From: Candidatus Obscuribacteraceae bacterium
GTDB lineage: Bacteria; Cyanobacteriota; Vampirovibrionia; Obscuribacterales; Obscuribacteraceae
DNA length: 64,000 nt
Assembly: GCA_044226015.1 (NCBI GenBank)
Contig: JBGAHS010000004.1
Span: forward strand, 416,001 to 480,000
Direction of reading: 5' to 3'
The position numbers were made by a program, and so were the translations under genes. This document shows, in pieces, positions 21,348-32,003 of the stretch (position 1 is the first letter of the stretch; each line of letters starts with the position of its first letter). The notes beneath the pieces are model-generated. The model worked only from the letters and a program-made list of their open reading frames with translations. It searched no databases and had not been told where the DNA came from.

Positions 21348-21989
21348 TTATTTGCTACTAAAAGCTTCTTTCAAAGCTGTTCTAGCGGCCAATTCTTTTC
21401 TGAGTGTGACCAAAATATCTTGTTCACGTTCTAAGCGCAGTTCAGTGTCTTCCATTTCGAGAAGCGTCTGCTGTTCTTCAGTTAATCCATAAACGCTTCC
21501 AGCAACCCAGTACGAGAGCTCAAGCGGATCTGTCGGCAGGTCATCAGGGAATTCGATGTTTTTGTCAGACAGCTTCGCAGACAATTTCACAACATCTCGC
21601 AAAACTTCCTTGAGTTCGGTCGCTTTTTCCTTCAAGTCTTTATCGGTAGGATTATCGTCTATCCACTCGACCTGCCCGATTATGTATGGCTTTTCCTGAT
21701 TAACATGAATCAGTCTGAATCTTTGTTGTCCAACTGTCATCAAGTTCATCCGCCCGTCTTGCAGCCTTTTGCAATTCACTATTACTGCTGAGCATCCATG
21801 TTTTGCTGGTTCGCCGGTGGATGGGTCGATCATCACGACGCCGAATCTCGAATCAGTCTTGAGGACGTCATTTATCATCTCTCTATAGCGAGGCTCGAAA
21901 ATGTGCAGCGGTAGCCATCCTCCCGGAAAGAGAACAACTTCGGGAAGTGGGAACAGTGGGATTGCCTCCGCCCAACTGGATGCGACCAT
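21348..21989 (-). CDS. stand-alone LON peptidase substrate-binding domain protein
   Basis: PLFPLPEVVLFPG..LPLHIFEPRYREM, DGRMN, GQQRFR; RBS GGAG. Confidence 0.9.
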   Translation of the reverse strand: MVASSWAEAIPLFPLPEVVLFPGGWLPLHIFEPRYREMINDVLKTDSRFGVVMIDPSTGEPAKHGCSAVIVNCKRLQDGRMNLMTVGQQRFRLIHVNQEKPYIIGQVEWIDDNPTDKDLKEKATELKEVLRDVVKLSAKLSDKNIEFPDDLPTDPLELSYWVAGSVYGLTEEQQTLLEMEDTELRLEREQDILVTLRKELAARTALKEAFSSK

Positions 21990-22166
21990 TTAATGTCTCC
22001 AAAACATAGGGTTCACATATACTCTAGCAAGTTTTATGCAGCGCTTGCTCGATTCTTATCATAAGCGCCTCATTCCTTATACTTCCCGCTTTATTTCAAA
22101 ATTCAGGTTAAATCTGAGCTGTTCATTTTGGGTGACTGTAATCAGATTGTGTGCATAATATTCCGT

Positions 22167-23828
22167 ATGGACACTAATGTCGAAAGTTCACTTACCAAAG
22201 AGCCTTGGGGTCCTTATGAGTTAAGGGCGAATCCCCTTGCGATTCTTCGCTTGTCTCTGGGAACAGCCGGGGCGATTTCGACTGCGCTTCTAATTCCAGA
22301 CATTTTTTCCTTACTTCCAACTGCGAACGATTCATTTATCCTGCTCAGTCGCGCGATGGGACTCTGGGGCTACTGCTACGTTCTCTGGACGACCGGCTTC
22401 ATGTGTATCTTGCACATGGTGAGAATTTTTGGCGGGCGTATTCTACTTGATGAGAATGGAATGAAGCTGGGGCGGCTGGGGAAACCGATTCCATGGCGCC
22501 GTATTGAGGCAATTACTGTTACAGAGCGCAGCCTCTTTGCCAAGCTTTTCTTTGTGCCTGCTTATCTTTTGACCCTTCATTACCAGAATGAAAAGGGAAA
22601 ACGTGTCAGCAAGCAGATTGCATCTTTTCAGTACTTAAAACGAGAGTTCTTTTCACTCTTCTTTCATATAGCTAAGCGCGGATTGAACGTTGAGCCCTGG
22701 AGTCTCGATGTCTTCTTATTCAATGATAGTGGCAACAAGCAACTTCGCAATATCGCACAAGAAGGGCGAGTGAAGCGTGTCTTGCTAACTGCTCTAATTA
22801 CTTTTGGGTTATTTTCTTTCCTGGGAAGGAAGGCTTCGGTCAACTATACCTTTAATATGGGCAACAAGGAATTTGCAGCTGGTCATTATGACCGGGCTAT
22901 TTCATTCTATAGCACCGCATCTGGTATCGAATTCAGTTTTGCGCCAGCGTGGGATAGACTCGCACGGTCTGAATTTAGAATCGGTGATATAAGTGCTGCC
23001 GAAGAGCACTGGAAGGAAGCTCTTAAATGGAAGCCTGATTTTGTTGAATCTAAATTAGGTCTCTCGAAAATATACATGCTCGAAGGTCGGCTCGAGGAAG
23101 CTCAAAAATTGGTGAGTTCTTCCGCAAGGTTGGCTCAGCTTGACGAAGCTGTCTATATTAATGATGCTCAGCTAGATTCAATAATCGGAAAAAACAGAAG
23201 TGCCATCGACAAGCTCGAGAACTTCATAAAGCAAAAGCAGGGTCGCGAGCAAGCTATCTGCATTCTCGCGCGCTGTTATATGAAGGAAGGAGAGTTCGCA
23301 CGTGCGCAACAGCTTTTAGACTCCAACCCTGGACTGTTGCAAAATTCTTTTTCTAGACCATTTTGCATCATGGTTCTGGCAGAACTAAGTATTGCCCGTG
23401 GTGACTTTAAGAATGCGGCTAACTTGCTTCGCCCTTTGAGAATGCAATCTCAGCATGACCCTGAGCTGTTGTTAGACTTAGCGCACCTGGACCTGGCTGC
23501 GGGTAAGTATGCTGAAGCAGACAAGAAGCTTGACCTTGCTGAGAAAATCAACAAAGACAATCCGTGGCTTAGTTTGATGCGCGCCAGGCTTGCAATGGCT
23601 AGTGGCTCAAGCTCGGCCGATTTCTATATTACCAGAGCTAGTAATTGGAAATTACCAGATGCTTGCTTATTGGCGGCTGTTGCCGAACTTTATTTGCGCA
23701 ATGGTAATCTCAGTGAAGCTGAGAGTTGTTCTAAGAAGAGCCTTGCTCTCGATCCGCAAAATCTCATTGCGCAAAAGGTGATGAATGAATTGAAATCGTC
23801 GACTCCTATTAAAAAAGGAGAAACGTGA
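22167..23828 (+). CDS. membrane-anchored TPR protein
   Basis: TM segments and a PH-like domain, then multiple TPRs; ATG 22167 preferred (track start 22128). Confidence 0.8.
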   Translation: MDTNVESSLTKEPWGPYELRANPLAILRLSLGTAGAISTALLIPDIFSLLPTANDSFILLSRAMGLWGYCYVLWTTGFMCILHMVRIFGGRILLDENGMKLGRLGKPIPWRRIEAITVTERSLFAKLFFVPAYLLTLHYQNEKGKRVSKQIASFQYLKREFFSLFFHIAKRGLNVEPWSLDVFLFNDSGNKQLRNIAQEGRVKRVLLTALITFGLFSFLGRKASVNYTFNMGNKEFAAGHYDRAISFYSTASGIEFSFAPAWDRLARSEFRIGDISAAEEHWKEALKWKPDFVESKLGLSKIYMLEGRLEEAQKLVSSSARLAQLDEAVYINDAQLDSIIGKNRSAIDKLENFIKQKQGREQAICILARCYMKEGEFARAQQLLDSNPGLLQNSFSRPFCIMVLAELSIARGDFKNAANLLRPLRMQSQHDPELLLDLAHLDLAAGKYAEADKKLDLAEKINKDNPWLSLMRARLAMASGSSSADFYITRASNWKLPDACLLAAVAELYLRNGNLSEAESCSKKSLALDPQNLIAQKVMNELKSSTPIKKGET

Positions 23829-24346
23829 TGGATACTGCTAAAGCACTTATGATTCTTTTCGTTCGCTGTTTGTTTCTATCTCTTGCGCTTGCCTACCTGA
23901 TGGCTTTTATTGAAGGGCTCAGAACTATGGGGAACACTCCGTTTATGTTTCCCTTTACTGTGCCGCAAACACCACGTTTGCTTACGTCCACTGTGCTGAA
24001 CGACCCTCTTGCGCTTGCGATCGATAACTTTTTGTACGCTTACAATTGTGCATTTCCAGGTGCCTGTAGATTGGGAAATGGAATCGGTTTGTTAGCAGGT
24101 GCTTTCTGGTCTTTGCACAGCACCAGTGTAAAGCCATTTAATGGAAAGCCTGCCTATGTTGAACGATGTGTAATTGGATTGCTGGCAGGATTCATAATTG
24201 GTTCTCGTATGATGTTTATGCTCAGCAGTAGACCCTATACAGTACTTGATGCAGGCATCATTGGTATGCTTTCATTTTGTGTTTACTTGCTACTGGCAGC
24301 CAGAAAGCCTGTGACTCCCAAAATCCCCATAGTCCCGTTTCGTTGA
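23825..24346 (+). CDS. hypothetical membrane protein
   Basis: Overlaps the upstream stop; RBS AAGGAG; about four hydrophobic segments. Confidence 0.7.
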   Translation: MMDTAKALMILFVRCLFLSLALAYLMAFIEGLRTMGNTPFMFPFTVPQTPRLLTSTVLNDPLALAIDNFLYAYNCAFPGACRLGNGIGLLAGAFWSLHSTSVKPFNGKPAYVERCVIGLLAGFIIGSRMMFMLSSRPYTVLDAGIIGMLSFCVYLLLAARKPVTPKIPIVPFR

Positions 24347-24409
24347 ACCGGCGTTCACAGATAGTAAACAAAGATAGTATATAAATTGAAGATGTCTTGA
24401 AAAGGTGAA

Positions 24410-25096
24410 GTGATTTTCGTGCACATCAAAATTCAGAACTTATCAAAAACCTATGCCGAACATGAAGTGAAAGCTCTCACGGACGTGAGTCTGGGTTTCG
24501 AGCGGGGCGAGTTTGTGGCAGTGATGGGTCCAAGCGGCTGCGGCAAAAGCAGTTTGTTGAACATCATCGCTGGAATTGATAGAGCGAGTTCTGGACATCT
24601 TTTTATTGGCGACACAGACATTACCACTCTGTCCGATGCAGAGTTGACTAAATTACGGCGAGACAAAATTGGTTTCGTTTTCCAATTTTTTAATTTGTTG
24701 TCAACGCTGACTGCAGGTGAGAATGTGGCTTTGCCGCTTGAGTTGGCGGGACAACTCTCGAGCAAAGAGATTCGGCTCCGGCGCGACGAGATGTTGGAGA
24801 AAGTTGGATTGTTGAAACGTTGTGATTTCTACCCTTCACAGCTTTCGGGCGGTGAAATGCAACGCATTGCGATTGCTCGTGCAATTATTCACAAGCCGGA
24901 GTTAATTGTTGCAGATGAGCCTAGCGGCAATCTCGATACTGAAAATGGTCAGCAAGTGCTAAACCTTTTTTCTGAGCTGTGTAAAGAAGGTAATCACACG
25001 GCTATAATGGCAACGCATAGCCTGGAAGCCGCTGAAATAGCCAATCGCACTATTCACTTGAAAGACGGAAAACTTTTGGAGTCGAGCAGAAAGTGA
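24410..25096 (+). CDS. ABC ATP-binding protein (LolD/MacB-like)
   Basis: GPSGCGKS, LSGGEMQR, ADEP, ATH. Confidence 0.95.
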   Translation: MIFVHIKIQNLSKTYAEHEVKALTDVSLGFERGEFVAVMGPSGCGKSSLLNIIAGIDRASSGHLFIGDTDITTLSDAELTKLRRDKIGFVFQFFNLLSTLTAGENVALPLELAGQLSSKEIRLRRDEMLEKVGLLKRCDFYPSQLSGGEMQRIAIARAIIHKPELIVADEPSGNLDTENGQQVLNLFSELCKEGNHTAIMATHSLEAAEIANRTIHLKDGKLLESSRK

Positions 25097-27663
25097 ATGC
25101 TTTTTTTCTTCTTTTTCGTCGCTTCATCTGGCGTGATTTGCTCAAAAACAGAGTGCGGAGTACTTTAACAGTTCTGGGAATCGCTCTCGGTGTCGCTGTG
25201 ATGTTGGCAATTTATCTTGCAAATAGTACTGCTTTAGGCAAGTTTCAAGAGAGCATAGACCTTGTTGCCGGAAAGTCGAATATGGAAATACGTGCTATTT
25301 CCGAAAGTGATCTGAACGAGCAAGTACTCGCTTCGCTTCATGAGCTCTGGGACGAGAATGTAAAGTTCACTCCCATTATCGATCAGCTTGCAATTGGTGC
25401 CGAGTCGCCACATGAGGTCATGCAAGTTCTTGGAATTGATATTTTTGCTGACTATGCTTTTCGTAGCATGAAAATTGATCAGAAGTCTCAAGACTCATCT
25501 GGACTGGGTATCTTCAAAGAGAATCATGCATATGTGGGCGAAGCTATAGCCCAACGCTTTCACCTGAAAGCTGGCGATTCGTTCAAGGTTTTGATTAATG
25601 ACTCAGAGCAAAAGCTTTTTGTCGAGGGCATAATCGCAGCTGAAGGCGTCGGAAAGGCTTTCAGTGGCAATGTGATGGTGATGGACATTGGTTGTGCGCA
25701 GAAATTGTTTTCTATGCCAGGAAGAATTTCTCGTGTGGACATGATTGTTCCCGATGCAAAATTTGACGCGGTAGAAGCATCGCTGAAAAAAAGGATTCCC
25801 CCAGGTGTGATAGCTGAGCGACCACAGCGGCGCGGGCAACAGGTCGAAAAAATGTTGAAATCGTTTCAGTACAACCTGACTGCGCTCAGCCTTATTGCCT
25901 TGCTGGTTGGAATGTTCTTGATTTACAACACCATGTCAATTAGTGTTATCAGAAGGCGCTGGGAAATTGGCACACTGCGTGCTATCGGCTTGCCTGCGGT
26001 TGAAATCTTTTCTCTATTTGCGCTAGAAGCTGCCGTGCTTGGAGCAATCGGATCGGCTCTGGGTCTAGCACTGGGAGTGTTTTTCGCTCAGTTCGCAGTG
26101 AAAGCCGTTGCTGGCACAGTGCAGACTATGTATGCGGATCAACCCGGCACAGGTTTGGTGGTGAGTTCGCTGGTGCTTGTGCTTGCTTTTGTCGGGGGAA
26201 CTCTTTTTACCGTCGCAGCTGCAATCGCGCCTGCGATCGAGGCTGTCTCAATAGCGCCAGCAGAGGCCTCAAGAAGGGCTTCGTATGAGCGCAAAGTACA
26301 ACGACTGGCTCCGCTGCTTACATTGATAGGAATCACCCTTTATGTTGTGGCGATGATATCTGCAATGCAAAAGCCTATTGCTGGCTTCCCTTTCTTTGGG
26401 TACTTAGCTGCAGCATGCGCGGCGTTTGGAACTGCCGCATTCTCGCCGCTGATTCTGGACAAAGTGCTAAAGACCCTTTCAATCTTACTTGAGAAAATTT
26501 TGGGCACAGAAGCTCGACTTGCTGCTCTCAGCTTACACGGAGCGCTCGGTAGAAGCTCTGTCACAGTCGCATCATTAATGGTTGGCATATCGATGATGGT
26601 GAGCCTGGCAATTATGATTGGTAGTTTCCGCCATACGGTAATTACCTGGGTTGAGCAAACATTGAAGGCAGATTTGTGGATAGAGCCGGTGTCTCGCAAG
26701 AGCAGTAGCCGCACTGGACGCTTAGCACCAGATGTGGTGAAAACCATTCGCAGAGTTAGTGGTATCGATGCCGTTGACGCATTTTTGGATTTTCCGATTG
26801 AATATGATGGAGACCCATGCAACCTGGGTGCTGGTGAACTGGACGTTATGCGAACGCATGGCAACTTAATGTTTGAAAATGGCGAGCGTTCATCAGAGGT
26901 ACTGAATAGAGTTGACAGAAAGGATTCTGCAATCATCTCAGAGAGCTTTTCAATTAAGCACGGGAAACACAAGGGTGACATCCTGACTTTGAATTCTCCA
27001 AGTGGTCCATTCAACGTGAAAGTAGAAGGTGTCTATTACGACTATGCCAGCGACACCGGTTATATCGTTCTTGGTAAAGAGTCGTTTGTGAGACATTTTG
27101 GCGAACGGCAAGCTACGACCCTGGCAGTCTTTTTGCAGAAGAATCAGAATCCCGAAGCTGTGCGGGCTGACATTCTCGAGCAAATTCCTGAGAATACTCG
27201 ATTGATCATACGTACCAATAATGAACTCAAAACTGAAGTGCTTCGTGTTTTCGATAAGACTTTCTCAATAACTTATGCGCTGCATGCAATTGCAATTACG
27301 GTTGCAATTCTTGGAGTTATGAATGCCTTGTTTGCGCTTACAATGGAGTCTCGTCGTGACCTGGGTATTCTCAAATACCTTGGTGCTTCTGAAATCCAGG
27401 TCAAGAAACTTGTTTTGGTACAAGCCGGAATTCTGGGCAGTTTGGGAAATCTTGGCGGACTCATTCTGGGTTTTGTGTTGTCTTTCCTTCTTATCCATGT
27501 CATCAACAAACAATCGTTTGGTTGGACAATTCAACTGGACATACCAGCTGAGTTTCTGTTGGAATCGTTTGCATTGATTTTCTTTTGTTCTCTGGCTTCG
27601 GGGTTCATACCTGCTGGCATTGCAGCGAAAACGCCAGCACCAGAAGTGGTTCGGTCCGAATAG
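25093..27663 (+). CDS. double FtsX/MacB-type ABC permease (AttF/G-like)
   Basis: Two MacB-PCD/FtsX halves (GIALGVAV; RRWEIGTLRAIG; RRDLGILKYLG; VINKQSFGWTI). Confidence 0.9.
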   Translation: MNAFFLLFRRFIWRDLLKNRVRSTLTVLGIALGVAVMLAIYLANSTALGKFQESIDLVAGKSNMEIRAISESDLNEQVLASLHELWDENVKFTPIIDQLAIGAESPHEVMQVLGIDIFADYAFRSMKIDQKSQDSSGLGIFKENHAYVGEAIAQRFHLKAGDSFKVLINDSEQKLFVEGIIAAEGVGKAFSGNVMVMDIGCAQKLFSMPGRISRVDMIVPDAKFDAVEASLKKRIPPGVIAERPQRRGQQVEKMLKSFQYNLTALSLIALLVGMFLIYNTMSISVIRRRWEIGTLRAIGLPAVEIFSLFALEAAVLGAIGSALGLALGVFFAQFAVKAVAGTVQTMYADQPGTGLVVSSLVLVLAFVGGTLFTVAAAIAPAIEAVSIAPAEASRRASYERKVQRLAPLLTLIGITLYVVAMISAMQKPIAGFPFFGYLAAACAAFGTAAFSPLILDKVLKTLSILLEKILGTEARLAALSLHGALGRSSVTVASLMVGISMMVSLAIMIGSFRHTVITWVEQTLKADLWIEPVSRKSSSRTGRLAPDVVKTIRRVSGIDAVDAFLDFPIEYDGDPCNLGAGELDVMRTHGNLMFENGERSSEVLNRVDRKDSAIISESFSIKHGKHKGDILTLNSPSGPFNVKVEGVYYDYASDTGYIVLGKESFVRHFGERQATTLAVFLQKNQNPEAVRADILEQIPENTRLIIRTNNELKTEVLRVFDKTFSITYALHAIAITVAILGVMNALFALTMESRRDLGILKYLGASEIQVKKLVLVQAGILGSLGNLGGLILGFVLSFLLIHVINKQSFGWTIQLDIPAEFLLESFALIFFCSLASGFIPAGIAAKTPAPEVVRSE

Positions 27664-27728
27664 TCCTCTTGTCGCATGCCCAGCACGAGCATTCCGCCCT
27701 CTATTCGAATGAAGTAATGCGAGGAAAA

Positions 27729-28919
27729 ATGAAGTTTCAAGTCTTTCAAAAAGTTGAGCGTAAGGCAATTTCTACAAGATTTATTGCATTAGTTTGTTTT
27801 TTGCTTCTATCACTTATGAGTATTGCCGCTAGCTTGCCTGCCGCTGAAAGAGCTAATGGACCCATCAAGATCCGAGATATGGAAGCTTCGAAAATCTATG
27901 AACAAGCCCTTCCTGGGTATAAGTATCGATTTCCTGAAGATCATTACTCTCATGACCGATACAGAACTGAGTGGTGGTACTACACCGGTCATTTGAAAAG
28001 CGAAAATGGAAAAGAGTTCGGTTTTGAATTGACATTTTTTCGCTCTGCAAGCTCCGTTGAAGGTGGTGTTAAGACAGGCGCCTGGAGCCTCAACAATATA
28101 TACATGGCTCATTTTGCTATAACCGATATTGATGGCAGAAAATTCTTCAATGACGAGAAACTCAGCCGAGCCGGAGTTGGAAGTGCCGGGGCTAGTCAAA
28201 CTGCTTGCAAGGTTTGGACGGAAAACTGGAGTCTAGATCGCTCGGGCAAAACTCATAATATTCGAGCTGTGGACGGGGAGTACTCTCTGCAACTGGCTCT
28301 AGATGAGGCAAGCGAGCCTGTAATTCACGGTGAAAACGGTGTAAGCCAAAAAGCGTCTTGCGTAGGTTGTGCGTCACACTACTATTCTTTTACTAGAATG
28401 CCCGCAAGAGGCACATTGAAGTTCAACGGAGCAAGTTTCAAGGTCGATGGCGAAGCCTGGATGGATCATGAATTTGGCAGCAATCAATTGACTGCTGAGC
28501 AAGTGGGGTGGGACTGGTTTTCCTTGCAGCTTGATGACAAAACTGAGCTTATGCTCTATGCGATGAGACTCAAAAACTCCAAACTCGATCAGAATTCATC
28601 TGGTACCAGTGTGAGCCAAAAGAAAGTTCAACATCTTCGCTTGAGCGATTACACCATCACCGCAACTAAGCAGTGGAAGAGCCCTCATACTGGTGGCGTC
28701 TATCCCGCCGGCTGGCATGTGATTGTTCCCAGCCTTAAGTTAGAGCTTGATCTTGAGCCAGAGCTTGCCGACCAGGAACTGGTAAGTCATCGCAATGATG
28801 GCATTTCTTATTGGGAGGGTGCTTGTTCTGTGAAAGGCAAAAAGGATGGCAAAGCCATAACTGGCAAGGCGTACGTAGAACTTACCGGATACAACAAGAA
28901 TTTTCATATGAATATTTAA
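27729..28919 (+). CDS. AttH/CrtC-like lipocalin-fold secreted protein
   Basis: FPEDH, EWWYYTGHL, SHYYS, WMDHEF, GWDWFSLQL, YWEG, YVELTGY; likely start 27729 (track start 27585). Confidence 0.88.
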   Translation: MKFQVFQKVERKAISTRFIALVCFLLLSLMSIAASLPAAERANGPIKIRDMEASKIYEQALPGYKYRFPEDHYSHDRYRTEWWYYTGHLKSENGKEFGFELTFFRSASSVEGGVKTGAWSLNNIYMAHFAITDIDGRKFFNDEKLSRAGVGSAGASQTACKVWTENWSLDRSGKTHNIRAVDGEYSLQLALDEASEPVIHGENGVSQKASCVGCASHYYSFTRMPARGTLKFNGASFKVDGEAWMDHEFGSNQLTAEQVGWDWFSLQLDDKTELMLYAMRLKNSKLDQNSSGTSVSQKKVQHLRLSDYTITATKQWKSPHTGGVYPAGWHVIVPSLKLELDLEPELADQELVSHRNDGISYWEGACSVKGKKDGKAITGKAYVELTGYNKNFHMNI

Positions 28920-29031
28920 CGACGCATATATCCTTTGTGCATTCGTTAAAGAGCACTGATTCACGTAGCGTTCACACAGCCTGGTAATAATTCAAATTGG
29001 TTTAGTATGCGCTGTGAAGAGCAAAGAATTC

Positions 29032-30567
29032 ATGGAAGAGAAAGTTTTAGTTTGGTTTAGAAGAGATCTTCGACTGGAAGATAATGCTGCTCTGATGGCT
29101 GCCATCGCCAGTGAAAAAAAAATTGTGCCCGTATTCATCTGGGAACCGGCTGAGGAGAAACCGTGGGAACACACCGGGGCGGCTCTGGTTTGGTTGCACT
29201 TCTCATTGAAATCTTTAGGTGCATCTTTGAAGGAGCGAGAAAGCGGGCTATTAATCAGGCAAGGGAAATTCTGCGATGTGATTTCACAGCTTGCTGCTGA
29301 GTTCAACGTCAAGGAAGTTTATTCCAACAAAATATACGAGCCTGCTTGGCTGAAGAAAGACGAGAAAATCCAAAAAGACTTAGCCAAGAAAGACATTTCA
29401 TTTAAGTTGTTCCCTGGGGCCCTGTTGTTTGACCCTTTCACGGTTCGTACGCAGCAAGATAATCCCTTTCAAGTTTTTACCGCTTTCTGGAAGTCGTGCA
29501 TGGCTAAAGACTCCAGTCCGCCACCGCCTGTAGAGGCGCCAAAAAAGATTCTCAGTCCAAGCAAAGTACATAATGAGTCCGTCGATGCCCTGAATTTCCT
29601 ACCTCAAATACATTGGGACACGGGTATCAGAGAGTCTTGGACTCCCGGGGAAGACGGTGCCCACAAAGCGCTTGAGGATTTTCTGGATGGTGTCGTAGAT
29701 GACTACAGCATTGGGCGGGATGTTCCTGGTGCCATCGGAACATCGAGACTCTCCCCTCATTTGCATTTCGGAGAGATTTCAATTCGCCGTGTCTGGCACG
29801 GCGTAGCTGATGCTTACACGCGGCAAAGCCATCTAAAGAAGCCGACTCAATCTGTACAGATGAGATTGACTTTGGGTGTGTCGCCAAAATCTGCACCTGC
29901 TGAAAGTAAAAAGGCTAAAAAGAAAGAAGTAGAAACCAACTCATTCCATGTTTATTTGAAAGAGCTCGGTTGGCGCGAATTCGCGCATCATGTACTTTGC
30001 AATTTCCCTCACACAGCAACTGAACCTTTGCGGGAGGACTTTGCTAAGTTCCCCTGGAAAGGTAATCGTAGTCATTTGAAGAAGTGGCAGAAAGGGCAAA
30101 CTGGCTACCCGATGGTTGACGCCGGAATGCGAGAACTCTGGCATACAGGTTGGATGCATAATCGCGTGCGAATGGTGGTGGCATCATTTCTGGTGAAACA
30201 TTTATTGCTTCCATGGCAGGCCGGCGCACGTTGGTTCTGGGATACTCTTGTTGATGCCGACCTTGCAAACAACACATTGGGGTGGCAATGGAGCGCGGGC
30301 TGTGGTGCCGATGCTGCACCGTACTTCAGAATCTTCAATCCTATATTGCAAGGTGAAAAATTTGACCCACGCGGAGTTTATGTTCGCAAATGGGTTCCAG
30401 AACTTAAGAAACTGCCAGACGAGTATATTCATCGTCCCTGGGAAGCTCCAGAAGACGTTCTCAGAGCTGCCGGGGTCGAGCTTGGAAAAAACTATCCCAA
30501 ACCGATTATTGACCATGGTTTTGCTCGGCAGAGGGCGCTAGAAGCATTGTCCGAAATCAGAAAGTAA
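29032..30567 (+). CDS. phrB: deoxyribodipyrimidine (CPD) photolyase
   Basis: WFRRDLRLEDN, TSRLSPHLHFGEIS, WREF, GWMHNRVRM, DADLANN, DAAPYFRIFNP. Confidence 0.93.
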   Translation: MEEKVLVWFRRDLRLEDNAALMAAIASEKKIVPVFIWEPAEEKPWEHTGAALVWLHFSLKSLGASLKERESGLLIRQGKFCDVISQLAAEFNVKEVYSNKIYEPAWLKKDEKIQKDLAKKDISFKLFPGALLFDPFTVRTQQDNPFQVFTAFWKSCMAKDSSPPPPVEAPKKILSPSKVHNESVDALNFLPQIHWDTGIRESWTPGEDGAHKALEDFLDGVVDDYSIGRDVPGAIGTSRLSPHLHFGEISIRRVWHGVADAYTRQSHLKKPTQSVQMRLTLGVSPKSAPAESKKAKKKEVETNSFHVYLKELGWREFAHHVLCNFPHTATEPLREDFAKFPWKGNRSHLKKWQKGQTGYPMVDAGMRELWHTGWMHNRVRMVVASFLVKHLLLPWQAGARWFWDTLVDADLANNTLGWQWSAGCGADAAPYFRIFNPILQGEKFDPRGVYVRKWVPELKKLPDEYIHRPWEAPEDVLRAAGVELGKNYPKPIIDHGFARQRALEALSEIRK

Positions 30568-31671
30568 TTACTGAACCTTTCCTCTTGTGGAAATGCGCGT
30601 AATTGTTTCAAGCTTTCCTTCGCGCATGCAATAGTAGTTTTCGTGAAGATTTACTGTGGTGTCGATGTGGCTAGGTACCAGAAGAACCTTGTCTCCGATT
30701 TGCAATTTTAGCTTACCGTCAGCTGATTCCAGAACACCGTGCTCGTCGCCTGCAGGGCGGTAGCTCACTCCCTGATATTTTGAATGCGGGCGGGCGTTGC
30801 CGCTGTCAGTCGAAAGCGATTTCATTCCTGCGTCAATAACTGCCCGATTTTCGACAGGCTTGCTTATCACAGTTGATAAAACATAAAGAGCTTGTCCGAA
30901 GCCTTTCCTGCCTGAGTCTGAGTAAGCCGAGTCCATGAAAATGAAAGAGCCTGCCTGAATTTCAGTGACGCCTTTAACTTCAGCGCACAACTCAAAAGTG
31001 CCTGTGCCGCCAGTGCTTACAATCTGAATATCGAACCCATTATTGCGCAAGAATTCCGCTGTCTCTGTCAGCTTGAGCATTGATTCTTTGCAGAGTCTCT
31101 TTTTCTCGGTTTCATCGGGCATCATTTGAAGATGCCCTTCATATCCCTGAACTCCAATAAGTTGCAGGTTTGGCATTGTCTTGATCAAATTGGCTAGTTC
31201 TAGTGCTTCTTCTTTTGTCTCGACTCCGCAACGGTTTTGTCCGACATTCAAATCAACCAAAACCTGAAGCGGATGGTCAGATGTTTTTATTTTCTCACCG
31301 AGCTGTTTGGCACCATATGTACTATCAATTACAACTTTTAGATTTGGGTTTCTCGTAGCGAGGCTAAGTAGTCGACTGAGCTTCGGTTCGCCTACAATTT
31401 CTGTGGTGATGAGCATGTCGTCCACACCCGCTTCCATCATAATTTCTGCTTCGCTAACTTTAGCAACACAGATGCCAATCGCACCTTCTTCGATCATCTT
31501 TCGAGCGAGCCCCGGCGATTTCGCCGTTTTTAGATGAGGCCGAACATTGAGCCCAAGGTTCTTCGCCTTGTTCATCAACGTCTTGATATTTTTGTCTACT
31601 ACATCTAGCTCGACAACGAGACACGGCGTATCGAGTCCGTCAATCTCAGTTCCCACTTCTGGCGTAAACAA
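30568..31671 (-). CDS. DSD1-family PLP enzyme (D-threonine aldolase / D-serine dehydratase-like)
   Basis: DTPCL, RPHLKT (PLP Lys), QGYEGH, GGTGT, DAGMKS, DEHG, PSHIDTTVNLH. Confidence 0.9.
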   Translation of the reverse strand: MFTPEVGTEIDGLDTPCLVVELDVVDKNIKTLMNKAKNLGLNVRPHLKTAKSPGLARKMIEEGAIGICVAKVSEAEIMMEAGVDDMLITTEIVGEPKLSRLLSLATRNPNLKVVIDSTYGAKQLGEKIKTSDHPLQVLVDLNVGQNRCGVETKEEALELANLIKTMPNLQLIGVQGYEGHLQMMPDETEKKRLCKESMLKLTETAEFLRNNGFDIQIVSTGGTGTFELCAEVKGVTEIQAGSFIFMDSAYSDSGRKGFGQALYVLSTVISKPVENRAVIDAGMKSLSTDSGNARPHSKYQGVSYRPAGDEHGVLESADGKLKLQIGDKVLLVPSHIDTTVNLHENYYCMREGKLETITRISTRGKVQ

Positions 31672-32003
31672 GCGTTTATCTCCTGGCTATCCGAAACGTC
31701 TATATGTTAAAGGAAGACCAGTCAAATTTGTTGGCTTTGCAGTTTCTTGGCAAGGCTTATTCAGATAACATTTCGGGGCTAGGCTGGTAAAACGCGTAGA
31801 TTTAATCTTACAGATGTCCTTGGCAAGTTGCTCGGTTGCTGATTCCAATGCTCCTTCGCTCTAGCTGCCCTTTGACCCTGACTCTAGAATTGTGCTCGTG
31901 ATAAATCATGGTGGCATTCGTTTTTGTGCTGTTTAGTAAAGCCCCGTTATCAGTTCTGCCAGAGCGGGAATTCAGTAGATAGGCAGGTTTACTGTATGTA
32001 GGA

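Noticed and set aside
26340..27014. 224-aa antisense ORF, and similar ones at 40483-41049, 59189-59683 and 60603-61142
   Set aside because: They lie opposite well-supported genes and have no motifs; codon-bias shadows.
27729..28919. Carotenoid 1,2-hydratase crtC call
   Set aside because: It has a signal peptide, sits with an ABC transporter and has no carotenoid genes nearby, which fits the AttH-like family.
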